In this document: positions 26,763 through 36,654 of the stretch, in pieces | Position numbering within the stretch: position 1 is the first letter of the stretch | How the letters are laid out: each line of letters starts with the position of its first letter | NCBI GenBank assembly: GCA_035495955.1 | Contig: DATJFE010000070.1 | Coordinates: forward strand, 29,332-93,331 | DNA length: 64,000 bases | DNA from: Vicinamibacterales bacterium | GTDB lineage: Bacteria > Acidobacteriota > Vicinamibacteria > Vicinamibacterales > 2-12-FULL-66-21 | Reading direction: 5' to 3' | The notes under the pieces: generated by a model | Database searches by the model: none | What the model was told of the DNA's origin: nothing | What the model saw: the letters and a program-made list of their open reading frames with translations, nothing else | Made by a program: the position numbers and the translations under genes

Positions 26763-27784
26763 CAAGGAAATTCGGGCTCGGGCTGGCTGCGGGCCTTGGC
26801 GCCGCCTTCGTCGCGACGCGGCTCTCGCGCGCGCGCCTCGCCATCTCGTTCGCCGACCGCGTCGTCGTCATCACGGGCGGATCGCGAGGGCTTGGACTGG
26901 TCATGGCGCGGCTGTTCGTCGACGAGGGCGCGCGGGTCGCACTGCTCGCGCGCGATCTCGGCGAGCTCGATCGCGCGAAGGCGGACCTCGAATCGCGCGG
27001 GATGGGCGCCGTCATCACGCTCAGATGCGACGTCCGCCGACGCGGGGAGGTTCGCGCCGCGGCCGAGGCGATCCTCGACCGCTGGCGGACCGTCGACATC
27101 CTGATCAACAACGCCGGCATTATTCAGGTCGGGCCCTTCGAGCACATGTCGTACGACGATTTCGAGAACGCGATGGCGACGCATTTCTGGGGGCCGCTGA
27201 ACCTGATGCTCGAGCTGGTGCCGACGATGATCCACCGGCGCTTCGGGCGCATCGTGAACATCTCGTCCATCGGAGGCAAAGTCGCGGTGCCGCATCTCGG
27301 ACCGTACTGCGCGAGCAAGTTCGCGCTCGTGGGGCTGTCCGACGCCGCGCGCGCCGAGCTCGATCGCTACGGGATCCGTGTAACGACGGTTGCGCCCGGA
27401 CTGATGCGAACGGGATCGCCGATGAATGCGGAGTTCAAAGGGCGGCACGAGGCCGAGTACGCGTGGTTCAAGGTGTCGAGCTCGATTCCGGGAGTGACGG
27501 TTGGGGCCGAGCGGGCGGCGCGCCGGATCCTGGACGCGTGCCGGCACGGCGATCCGTCGCTCACCATTACGCCGCAGGCGCAACTGGCGTCGATCGCCAA
27601 CGCCATCGCGCCGGCGGCGGTCGCGCGCGCCATGATGCTCGTCAGCCGGATGCTGCCGGGGCAGGCCGGACCTCGCGGCAATCAGAACCTGAAGGGACGC
27701 GAGACCGAACTGCCCGCGAGGTGGACGCCGTCGATCGTCACGACGCTGACCAACAAGGCCGCTGTCGCCAACAACGAAACCTGA
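26759..27784 (+). CDS. Short-chain dehydrogenase/reductase (SDR)
   Basis: The start ATG overlaps the DUF72 stop (ATGA). The motifs TGGSRGLG, NNAG and YCASKFAL (YxxxK) are present, preceded by an N-terminal helix. Confidence 0.85.
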   Translation: MTRKFGLGLAAGLGAAFVATRLSRARLAISFADRVVVITGGSRGLGLVMARLFVDEGARVALLARDLGELDRAKADLESRGMGAVITLRCDVRRRGEVRAAAEAILDRWRTVDILINNAGIIQVGPFEHMSYDDFENAMATHFWGPLNLMLELVPTMIHRRFGRIVNISSIGGKVAVPHLGPYCASKFALVGLSDAARAELDRYGIRVTTVAPGLMRTGSPMNAEFKGRHEAEYAWFKVSSSIPGVTVGAERAARRILDACRHGDPSLTITPQAQLASIANAIAPAAVARAMMLVSRMLPGQAGPRGNQNLKGRETELPARWTPSIVTTLTNKAAVANNET

Positions 27785-27787
27785 CGA

Positions 27788-27840
27788 GCCCAAAGGCCCA
27801 AAGCCCAAAGCCTAAGCCTAAGGCTTAAGGCTTAAGGCTC
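27788..27840. repeat. Composite short tandem repeats (GCCCAAA x3, GCCTAA x2, GGCTTAA x3) filling a convergent intergenic gap
   Basis: Read directly. The array starts 3 nt after the SDR stop. It runs across the stop codon (27832-27834) and last codons of the minus-strand SRPBCC gene. Confidence 0.9.
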
Positions 27841-28560
27841 CAGCACTTCCTCGGCTTCGATCTGCTGTTTGAGAAGCCGGAGGTCTTCCCGGATTTCGGT
27901 TTCGGCATCGGCGCCGAAAACGCCGGCGAGCTTCGCGCCGAGCTTGCCCCCTGGCGGACTGTACTGAAGATGGACCGTCACGCGCGTGGCGCCGTCCGCC
28001 GCGGCCCGATCGAAGTTGACGGATCCGGCACTCACGACGTCGGCGCCCTCGAGCGAGCGCCATGCAATCAGCTTCGGCGGGACTTCGTTGAAGACTTCAG
28101 CATCCCATTCGACAATCATCCCGGCCGGGCCTCTGGCACGCCAGTGCGAGATGGTGTCAGTCACCTTCTCGACCGATTCGAGGTGCCGCATGAACTGCGG
28201 CAGGTGTTCGAGATTGCGCCAGAAGCGGTACAGCTCCTCGATGGGCCGGTTGATGGTGACGCTTTCGAGCACGTTCACGCCGCGCGAGCCGCGCAGCGCG
28301 GCGCGGGTGTCGTCCGCCGTGCCGGCCGTGTTGACGCCGAGCGCCTCGTAGACGTCGCAGTGCGCCGTCGCGCCGCGACGGAGCAGCAGTCCGCCCGCGA
28401 GCGCGTACAGCCAGCCGTTCGATCGCAGGCGCAACAGCCCGTACAGGGCTAAGCCCGCGCCGGCCGCCAGGGACGTCCAGCGCTCGATGTCGCTGATGTT
28501 CTGGTTGGTCCGCGCACGCGCTTCGCGTGCATCCTCCGGAAACGTCAACTCCATGTTCAT
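27832..28560 (-). CDS. Membrane-anchored SRPBCC (cyclase/dehydrase, Polyketide_cyc2-like) protein with DUF2892-like N-terminus
   Basis: The N-terminus has two helices (ERWTSLAAGAGLALYGLLRL...). The C-terminal part (RPIEELYRFWRNLEHLPQFMRHLESV...) resembles the SRPBCC fold family. Confidence 0.75.
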   Translation of the reverse strand: MNMELTFPEDAREARARTNQNISDIERWTSLAAGAGLALYGLLRLRSNGWLYALAGGLLLRRGATAHCDVYEALGVNTAGTADDTRAALRGSRGVNVLESVTINRPIEELYRFWRNLEHLPQFMRHLESVEKVTDTISHWRARGPAGMIVEWDAEVFNEVPPKLIAWRSLEGADVVSAGSVNFDRAAADGATRVTVHLQYSPPGGKLGAKLAGVFGADAETEIREDLRLLKQQIEAEEVLEP

Positions 28561-28679
28561 TGTTCACTCCACTCGGCGGGCCCCTTCAGCGTTCCCCACC
28601 TCGCTGCGCGCTCGGGGTCGCCTTTCGGCGACTTCCCTCCGGCGCTCGCTTGCGGCCGCAGGCGCTGTCCATCGGGTCT

Positions 28680-29048
28680 TCAACGCCGACCGGTTCCAGC
28701 GGTCGGGGTCCATGACGGGGAGTCGCTCGCCGGGAACGACTCGTCGGACGCGTCGTGCACGATGTCCTTCGCGTGCCAGCCGCGCTGGCGGATCGTGTCG
28801 TTCAACCAGTGGCGCGCGACGCGGAAGTCGTGATGCCCGATCGCGGCGCGTACCGTGATCGCCGCGCCGAGCGTGGCGAGCAGGCCGCCGCCGAATCCGC
28901 CGCGGCGCGCGCCGATCATCGTGAGCGCGCTGCCCCATGCGGCGGCAATCCATCGCTCCTGGTCGTACGCCTGCAGTGCGGAGCTCTGGCGGTCCCAGAC
29001 GTTCTCCGGACCGCGCGCGACCATCAGGTTCTTGGAAGCTTCGGGCAT
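28680..29048 (-). CDS. Small membrane protein (hypothetical) with C-terminal SFPASDSPSW motif
   Basis: 122 aa starting at MPEASKNL. It has one or two hydrophobic segments. The gene lies upstream of, and co-oriented with, the SRPBCC gene. Confidence 0.5.
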   Translation of the reverse strand: MPEASKNLMVARGPENVWDRQSSALQAYDQERWIAAAWGSALTMIGARRGGFGGGLLATLGAAITVRAAIGHHDFRVARHWLNDTIRQRGWHAKDIVHDASDESFPASDSPSWTPTAGTGRR

Positions 29049-29094
29049 GTGTCCTCCGCCCTGGCGGCTGCACAAGCTGTGCCGGCTCACTACA

Positions 29095-30609
29095 ATGGCC
29101 GTCATGCGGAAATTCGTCCTTCTCCTCTGCGTCTGCGGGGCAGCCGCCACGGTTGAGCCGGTCCGTTTCGACGTCTTGATTCGCAACGGGCGCGTTCTGG
29201 ATGGCACGGGCACTCCGGCGCAGACGATCGACCTGGGCATTACCGGCGACCGCATCGTGGCGGTCGGCACTCTCGCGGGCGCCACCGCGGCGCGCACGAT
29301 CGACGCGCGCAATCGGATCGTCGCGCCCGGATTCATCGACGTGCACTCGCACGCCGCGGAAGGTATCCGCAACTCCACGCTGCGCCAGGCGCGGCCGCTG
29401 CTCGCTCAGGGCGTCACGACGTTCGTCGCGAACCCTGACGGCGGAGGACCGGTGGACCTGGCCGCGCAGCGGGCCGCCATCGAAAAGGCGGGCGTCGGTC
29501 CGAACGTCGCGCTCCTCATCGGCCACGGATCCGTCCGGAGCGCAGTGATGGGGAATGCCGCGCGGGCCCCCACGCCAGAGGAGCTGCAGAAGATGGAGGA
29601 ACTCGTGCGCCGCGGGATGGCCGACGGCGCGTACGGCTTGTCCTCCGGATTGTTTTATGTGCCCGGCAGCTTCGCGACGACTGAAGAGGTGATCGAGCTG
29701 GCGAAAGCGGCCGCCGAGTCGGGGGGACTGTACACGAGCCACATCCGCGACGAAGGCAACTACGACGTCGGCGTGCGCGCCTCCGTGCGCGAGGTCATCC
29801 GGATCGCCGAAGAGGCGAAAACGACCGGCATCGTCAGTCACATGAAGGCGCTCGGCCGGGACAGTTGGGGCCTCGCACCCATCCTGCTGGAAGACATTGC
29901 CGCAGCGCGGGCGCGGGGCGTGCGCGTCTTCGCGGATCAGTACCCGTACGACGCCTCGTCGACGTCGCTGCGCGCCGCCCTCGCGCCCGGCGGAGCACCG
30001 CCGACCGAGGCAGTCGTCGCCGAAAACCTCCGCCGCCGTAATGGACCGGAAGCGATCCTCATCGCGTTCTACCAGACGGATAAATCGCTCGAAGGACAGA
30101 CGCTGGCGGAGATTGCGCGGGCGCGCGACGTGACGCCGGTGAAGGCCGCGATCGACCTGATGGCCGCGGGCAACGCGTCGATCGTGTCGTTCAACATGTC
30201 GGAGAAGGACATCGAGGCCATCATGAAAGCGCCGTTCACGATGGCGTCGAGCGACGGCGCGCTCGTGCCGATCGGATCGGGACATCCCCATCCGCGAGAC
30301 TACGGCGCATTCGCGCGGCGTCTTGCCGTGTATGTGCGCGAGCGGAAAGTCGTCAGTCTGGAATTCGCCATCCATTCGATGACAAGCCTGCCGGCGTCGG
30401 TGTTCGGGATCAAGGATCGCGGCCTCATCCGTCCCGGGGCATTCGCCGACGTCGTGGTGTTCGATCCCGCCGCGATCAAGGACATGGCAACTTACGCGGA
30501 TCCCCAGGTCCTCGCTACGGGGGTATCCGACGTGCTGGTCAATGGCGTGCCGGTCCGGCTGTCGGGCGCCTTTACCGATGCCCTTCCCGGGCGCGTGCTG
30601 CGGAAGTAG
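29095..30609 (+). CDS. N-acyl-D-amino-acid deacylase (D-aminoacylase) family amidohydrolase, secreted
   Basis: The start is at MAVMRKFVLLLCV, a signal-like segment. FDVLIRNGRVLDGTG...APGFIDVHSHA...YTSHIRDEG match the D-aminoacylase family. Confidence 0.85.
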   Translation: MAVMRKFVLLLCVCGAAATVEPVRFDVLIRNGRVLDGTGTPAQTIDLGITGDRIVAVGTLAGATAARTIDARNRIVAPGFIDVHSHAAEGIRNSTLRQARPLLAQGVTTFVANPDGGGPVDLAAQRAAIEKAGVGPNVALLIGHGSVRSAVMGNAARAPTPEELQKMEELVRRGMADGAYGLSSGLFYVPGSFATTEEVIELAKAAAESGGLYTSHIRDEGNYDVGVRASVREVIRIAEEAKTTGIVSHMKALGRDSWGLAPILLEDIAAARARGVRVFADQYPYDASSTSLRAALAPGGAPPTEAVVAENLRRRNGPEAILIAFYQTDKSLEGQTLAEIARARDVTPVKAAIDLMAAGNASIVSFNMSEKDIEAIMKAPFTMASSDGALVPIGSGHPHPRDYGAFARRLAVYVRERKVVSLEFAIHSMTSLPASVFGIKDRGLIRPGAFADVVVFDPAAIKDMATYADPQVLATGVSDVLVNGVPVRLSGAFTDALPGRVLRK

Positions 30610-30627
30610 CGCCTGCGACCGGCAGCA

Positions 30628-30656
30628 TTGACAGGATCGGCCGCGGCATGTAACAC
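30628..30656 (+). promoter_or_regulatory. Sigma-70-like promoter candidate (TTGACA-N17-TAACAC) for the SahR-like gene
   Basis: The hexamers are read directly. The -10 element ends only 17 nt before the ATG at 30674. The palindrome ATCCGGAT and TATCC-N12-GGATA lie between them. Confidence 0.35.
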
Positions 30657-30673
30657 TATATCCGGATTTACGG

Positions 30674-31615
30674 ATGGATAGCGCGGCCGCGATTTTCGAC
30701 GATCTCAGCACGCTCTCCGATGCGACGAGGAGCCGCATGCTCCTCCTCCTCGAGCGCAACGAATTGACCGTGACGGAGCTGTGCGCCGTCCTGCAGCTCC
30801 CGCAATCGACGGTCAGCCGGCACTTGAAGACGCTCTCGGACGCGAGCTGGGTGTCCTCGCGGCGCGATGGGACGAGCCGGTACTACACCCTGGCCGTGAA
30901 CGACAGGGACGCCCACACGCGGCGTCTGTGGTCGCTGCTGCGCGAGCAAATCGGCTCGACGGCGGGCGCGGACCAGGATGCGCGACGCTTGAAAGGCGTA
31001 CTCGGCCGCCGGCAGACCAAATCGGAGGAGTTCTTCGCGTCGGCGGCGGGACAATGGGATCGGCTTCGCCGGGAGCTGTTCGGCGCGGGGTCCGCGCTTC
31101 ACGCGCTGCCGGCGCTCCTCGATTCGCGCTGGACCGTCGGCGATCTCGGCTGCGGCACCGGCGAGACGAGCGCCGCCCTCGCGCCGTTCGTGTCGCGGAC
31201 CATTGCCGTCGACCGCAGCGGCGAGATGCTGCAGGCCGCACGGCGAAGACTTCGGGATTTTCCGAATGCCGATGTCCGGCGGGGCGAGCTCGCCTCGCTG
31301 CCGATTGCCGACGCGGAGCTCGATGCCGCAATCATGGTGCTCGTGCTGCACCACGTGCCCGATCCGGCGGACGTGCTGCGCGAGGCGGCGCGAACCGTCA
31401 GGGCAAAGGGCCGCTTCGTCCTCTGCGACATGCTGCCGCACGATCGGGAGGAGTACAAGCAGCAGATGGGGCATGTCTGGCTCGGCTTCGCCGACGATCA
31501 GCTCCGCCGGCTGCTCGGCGGCGCTGGATTCGAAGATGTCCGGATCGTCCCGCTGCCCGTCGACTCGTCCGCCAAAGGTCCGGCGTTGTTTGTCGCGTCA
31601 GGGGTGAAGGCGTAA
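30674..31615 (+). CDS. ArsR-type HTH fused to a SAM-methyltransferase-like domain (SahR-like regulator)
   Basis: The N-terminus is an ArsR/SmtB wHTH (RMLLLLERNELTVTELCAVLQLPQSTVSRHLKTL). The C-terminus is a class I MTase fold (VGDLGCGTGE...VLHHVPDP). The gene lies directly upstream of ahcY. Confidence 0.8.
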   Translation: MDSAAAIFDDLSTLSDATRSRMLLLLERNELTVTELCAVLQLPQSTVSRHLKTLSDASWVSSRRDGTSRYYTLAVNDRDAHTRRLWSLLREQIGSTAGADQDARRLKGVLGRRQTKSEEFFASAAGQWDRLRRELFGAGSALHALPALLDSRWTVGDLGCGTGETSAALAPFVSRTIAVDRSGEMLQAARRRLRDFPNADVRRGELASLPIADAELDAAIMVLVLHHVPDPADVLREAARTVRAKGRFVLCDMLPHDREEYKQQMGHVWLGFADDQLRRLLGGAGFEDVRIVPLPVDSSAKGPALFVASGVKA

Positions 31616-31618
31616 GAA

Positions 31619-31646
31619 GTTACCGTTTACCGTTTACCGTTAACGG
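31619..31646. repeat. Heptanucleotide tandem repeat (TTTACCG x4)
   Basis: Sequence gttaccg tttaccg tttaccg ttaacgg starts 3 nt after the TAA of the SahR-like gene. It ends just before the ahcY SD (aaggag). Confidence 0.9.
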
Positions 31647-31661
31647 CTCCAAGGAGTAGTG

Positions 31662-33161
<1,500 letters not shown>

Positions 33162-33167
33162 GGCAGA

Positions 33168-33188
33168 AAGACGGAAGGCGGAAGGCGA
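33168..33188. repeat. Heptanucleotide repeat (AAGRCGG x3)
   Basis: Sequence aagacgg aaggcgg aaggcga lies 6 nt after the ahcY stop. The unit family is the same as at 15749 and 16008. Confidence 0.8.
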
Positions 33189-33212
33189 AAGGGGCGGATG
33201 TAGACTTCACGT

Positions 33213-35519
33213 ATGCATCCGCCCCGTAGTGTGTACGCGATTGCCGCGCTGGTCGTCGGGCTTGTTTCTTCGCCGCGCGCGCAGCAGGCCGACGTCGCGG
33301 CCGCGCTTCGCGCGCGGATCGACCGCATCTACACCGAGCATGCGTACGACGCACCGCGGTTCGGCCCGGCGCGGTGGCTGCCCGACGGCACGGCCTACGC
33401 GATCGTCGAGCGCTCAGACACCGTGGCCGAGATCGCGCGATACGACGCCGCCACCGGCGCGCGGAGCGTCCTGGCGAGCACGACGCTCGACGTCGGCGAT
33501 TACGCCTGGTCGTCCGACGGCCGCCGGCTCTTGATCTTCACCAACACGAAAAAAGTCTGGCGGCAGAACACGCGGGGCGACTACTGGGTGCTCGACGTCG
33601 CCGGTCCGCCTTCGCTCCAGAGTTCCGGCGCGGCGAGCGCGCCGAAGAAACTCGGCGGCTCCGCGCCGGAGGCGTCGCTGATGTTCGCGAAGTTCTCGCC
33701 GGATGCCACCCGGGTCGCCTACGTGCGCCAGAACAATATTTATGTCGAGCGCCTCGACACCGGCGCGATCGTGCAACTGACGAAGGACGGGCAAGCCGGT
33801 GCCGCCTGGGCCCCCGCGACGTCGGGCACGATCGTCAACGGCACCTCGGACTGGGTGAACGAGGAGGAGCTCGGTATCCGCGACGGTTTCCGCTGGAGCC
33901 CTGACGGCCGCCGCATCGCGTATTGGCAGTTCGACACCACCGGCGTCGGCAATTACACCTTGATCGACGACACCGACACGCTCTATCCGACGACGAGAGT
34001 GTTTGCGTATCCCAAACCGGGGACGACGAACTCCGCCGTGCGGTGCGGCGTTGTCGCGGCGGACGGCGGCGCGACGATCTGGGTCAAGGCGCCCGGCGAT
34101 CCGCGAAACACCTACATCGCCAGCCTCGAGTGGATCGATGGCTCGACGCTGGCCCTGCAGCAGTTGAACCGGCTGCAGACCGAGAACGACTACCTGCTCG
34201 CGGACGCGTCGACCGGCAATGTGACGCGCGCCTTTCACGATGCCGCGCTTGCCGACACCGGACACCTGACCCTCGACACCCGCGGCTGGGTCGACGTGCA
34301 GGGCGACGTCACCTGGGTGGACAACGGGCGCGCGTTTCTGTGGCTCAGCGAGCGCGACGGCTGGCGGCATCTCTATCGCGTTGCGCGCGCCGGCGGAGCG
34401 AAGCTGCTGACGAACTTCCAGGCCGATGTCATCGGCCTCGAGGGCGTCGACGCGAGCGCGGCGTACGTCCTCGCGTCGCCCTCGAACGCGACCCAGCGCT
34501 ATCTGTTCCGCGTCCCGCTCGACGGCTCGGCGCCGCCGCGCCGCGTGACACCCGAAGACGCGCCGGGGTGGCACGATTACACATTCGCGCCGGGCGGGAA
34601 GATGGCGTTCCACACCTACTCGTCGTTCGAGCGGCCGGCGAGCATGGACGTCGTGTCGCTGCCCGACCACCGGTCGCTCCGGCAGCTGCTCGATCCGTCC
34701 GTCGTCCGGAAAAAGGTTGCGGGCGTCGTCGGCCAGCGGACGGACTTTCTGACCGTGCGCGTCGCGGACGGAGTCACGCTCGACGGGTGGATGATGCGTC
34801 CCTCGTCATTCGACGGATCGAAGACGTATCCGGTCATCGTCTTCGTGTATGGCGAGCCCGCGTCGCAGACCGTTACCGATGCGTGGAGCGGCGGGCATCT
34901 GTTCTATCGCGCGCTCGCCGACGCCGGCTACGTCGTCGTCAGCTTCGACAATCGCGGCACGCCGGCGCCGAAGGGAGCGGCGTGGCGCAAAGTGATTTAC
35001 GGCGCCGTCGGCGTGCTGTCGTCGCAGGACCAGGCGGCCGCGATCGAGGCGCTCGCCGCCACGCACTCGTTCATCGATCTCTCGCGCGTCGGGATCTGGG
35101 GCTGGAGCGGCGGCGGATCGAACACGCTCAATTGCATGTTCCGGTTTCCCGACGTCTACAAAGTCGGCGTCTCCGTTGCGCCGGTGCCGGATCAGAAGCT
35201 GTACGACACGATCTACCAGGAACGCTACATGGGGGTGCCCGAGCAGAACGCGGAAGGCTACCGGGCGGGCTCACCAATCAACTTCGCGGAAGGCTTGAAG
35301 GGCAATCTGCTGATCGTGCACGGCTCGGGCGACGACAACGTCCACTACCAGGGCACGGAGCGTCTGGTGAACCGGCTCGTCGAGCTCGGCAAACCGTTCG
35401 ATCTCATGGTCTACCCGAACCGTACGCATGCGATCTCGGAAGGGACGGGTACGACGGCTCATGTCTATCAATTGATCGGACGCTACTTTCTGGAACACTT
35501 GCCGCCCGGCCCTCGGTGA
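33213..35519 (+). CDS. S9-family serine peptidase, dipeptidyl-peptidase IV-like
   Basis: 768 aa with a signal-like N-terminus and a DPPIV-type propeller (SPDGRRIAYWQFD). The catalytic triad contexts are GWSGGG, GSGDDNVH and YPNRTHAI. Confidence 0.9.
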   Translation: MHPPRSVYAIAALVVGLVSSPRAQQADVAAALRARIDRIYTEHAYDAPRFGPARWLPDGTAYAIVERSDTVAEIARYDAATGARSVLASTTLDVGDYAWSSDGRRLLIFTNTKKVWRQNTRGDYWVLDVAGPPSLQSSGAASAPKKLGGSAPEASLMFAKFSPDATRVAYVRQNNIYVERLDTGAIVQLTKDGQAGAAWAPATSGTIVNGTSDWVNEEELGIRDGFRWSPDGRRIAYWQFDTTGVGNYTLIDDTDTLYPTTRVFAYPKPGTTNSAVRCGVVAADGGATIWVKAPGDPRNTYIASLEWIDGSTLALQQLNRLQTENDYLLADASTGNVTRAFHDAALADTGHLTLDTRGWVDVQGDVTWVDNGRAFLWLSERDGWRHLYRVARAGGAKLLTNFQADVIGLEGVDASAAYVLASPSNATQRYLFRVPLDGSAPPRRVTPEDAPGWHDYTFAPGGKMAFHTYSSFERPASMDVVSLPDHRSLRQLLDPSVVRKKVAGVVGQRTDFLTVRVADGVTLDGWMMRPSSFDGSKTYPVIVFVYGEPASQTVTDAWSGGHLFYRALADAGYVVVSFDNRGTPAPKGAAWRKVIYGAVGVLSSQDQAAAIEALAATHSFIDLSRVGIWGWSGGGSNTLNCMFRFPDVYKVGVSVAPVPDQKLYDTIYQERYMGVPEQNAEGYRAGSPINFAEGLKGNLLIVHGSGDDNVHYQGTERLVNRLVELGKPFDLMVYPNRTHAISEGTGTTAHVYQLIGRYFLEHLPPGPR

Positions 35520-36180
35520 GCGGCGCGTTGAGAAACCGCACAAGAGGCATCAGCGTCTTGAACGTGGCGAGCAGCGTCGGATAGAAGGTCCGGCTGTGCG
35601 CCAGGGCGGCGGGGAACTCGGCGCCGGCGTAGAACTGGCGATGCTTCAGGTACTGCGCGGCCGGGTGGTCGCTGGGGTAGCCGCGAGGCGTGCGGGTCAT
35701 GGTTTCGCCGGCCAGGTCACCGAGCCGCCGCCGGAAAGCGCGCTCGCGGACGATCGCCTGCATTTCCGGCCAGGTCTCTGCGATGTGCCCGCGGAGGCGG
35801 ACCAGCTCGTGCGGCTCCGGGCGCCACATCCCGCCGCCGATCCACACCCAGCCCGGCGCGATCTCGAAATAGAGGCCGGCGCCCTCCGGCCTGGGCAGCC
35901 CTCGCCAGCGGAAGACGGCCGCGGCGTGGGTCTTCAAAGGCTTCTTGTCGTCGCTGAATCGCGTGTCGCGATACACGCGAAACAGGGAGAACTTCGGGGA
36001 CGCGACAAGCTCGGGCGCGAACCGCTGGAAGTCCCGGGCGAGCTGTTCGACGACGGCGATCATCGGACCGCGGACGTGGCGCTCGTAGTGCTCGCGCCGC
36101 GCCCTGAACCAATCGCGATTGTTGTGGCGTTTGAGGGAGCGAAGAAACGAGAGCGTCTTCGTACTGAACGGAGTCGTCAT
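35404..36180 (-). CDS. DUF2461 (TIGR02453) family protein
   Basis: FLRSLKRHNNRDWFRARREHYE...FRVYRDTRFSDDKKPLKTH matches the family signature. The last roughly 40 aa overlap the convergent peptidase gene. Confidence 0.8.
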   Translation of the reverse strand: MTTPFSTKTLSFLRSLKRHNNRDWFRARREHYERHVRGPMIAVVEQLARDFQRFAPELVASPKFSLFRVYRDTRFSDDKKPLKTHAAAVFRWRGLPRPEGAGLYFEIAPGWVWIGGGMWRPEPHELVRLRGHIAETWPEMQAIVRERAFRRRLGDLAGETMTRTPRGYPSDHPAAQYLKHRQFYAGAEFPAALAHSRTFYPTLLATFKTLMPLVRFLNAPLTEGRAASVPESSVRSIDRHEPSYPSLPRSHAYGSGRP

Positions 36181-36223
36181 CGCCGGGATCCGTGAAAAAG
36201 CTCAGTCTATCCTAGTCGACCGG

Positions 36224-36300
36224 CACCCGACACCCGACACCCGACACCCAACATCCGACACCCGACACCCGGCACCCGACACCCGACACCCGACATCCGA
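36224..36300. repeat. Heptanucleotide tandem repeat (CACCCGA x11)
   Basis: 11 head-to-tail 7-bp units with 4 variant units (cacccaa, catccga twice, cacccgg). The array lies in the divergent intergenic region between DUF2461 and padR. Confidence 0.95.
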
Positions 36301-36314
36301 AGGTTCAGTTGCAG

Positions 36315-36338
36315 CTATATAGAATTTGATGTATATAG
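36315..36338. promoter_or_regulatory. AT-rich element with two (C/G)TATATAG octamers, candidate promoter or PadR operator
   Basis: Sequence is ctatatag aatttgat gtatatag. It is the only AT-rich patch in the intergenic region and ends 14 nt upstream of the padR GTG (36352). Confidence 0.3.
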
Positions 36339-36351
36339 AGTTCAATCAGCC

Positions 36352-36654
36352 GTGCGCTATATCACGTTTCCCACGACGCTCGTGCTGCAGGCCGTCGACG
36401 AGGGCGTCCGCTACGGCTTCGACATTGCCGACCGGACCGGTCTGAAGACCGGGACCGTGTACCCCGCGCTCCGCCGTCTCGAGACGCTCGGGTTCGTGCG
36501 ATCGAACTGGGAGCGCGAGAAGATCGCCCGCCGCGAACAGCGTCCCGCCCGGCGCTACTACGAGATCACCCGCGCCGGCGCCGATGCCCTCGAGATCGCC
36601 GTCCGCCGCTTCGAGAACCTCGGTCGCGTGAAGTCCCGTCCCCGCCATGCCTGA
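36352..36654 (+). CDS. PadR-family transcriptional regulator
   Basis: 100 aa with a GTG start. VLQAVDEGVRYGFDIADRTGLKTGTVYPALRRLETLGFVRS...RRYYEITRAG matches PadR. It overlaps the downstream permease gene by 8 nt. Confidence 0.85.
   Translation: MRYITFPTTLVLQAVDEGVRYGFDIADRTGLKTGTVYPALRRLETLGFVRSNWEREKIARREQRPARRYYEITRAGADALEIAVRRFENLGRVKSRPRHA

Noticed and set aside
31616-31661. Possible SAH riboswitch upstream of ahcY
   Set aside because: The intergenic region is only 46 nt, and 28 nt of it are a TTTACCG heptamer array. This is too short, and it lacks the pseudoknotted stems expected of the SAH element.
36224-36300. Possible CRISPR array
   Set aside because: The repeat unit is only 7 bp and is strictly head-to-tail with no spacers. 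No cas genes are in the window. It is a microsatellite-type array.
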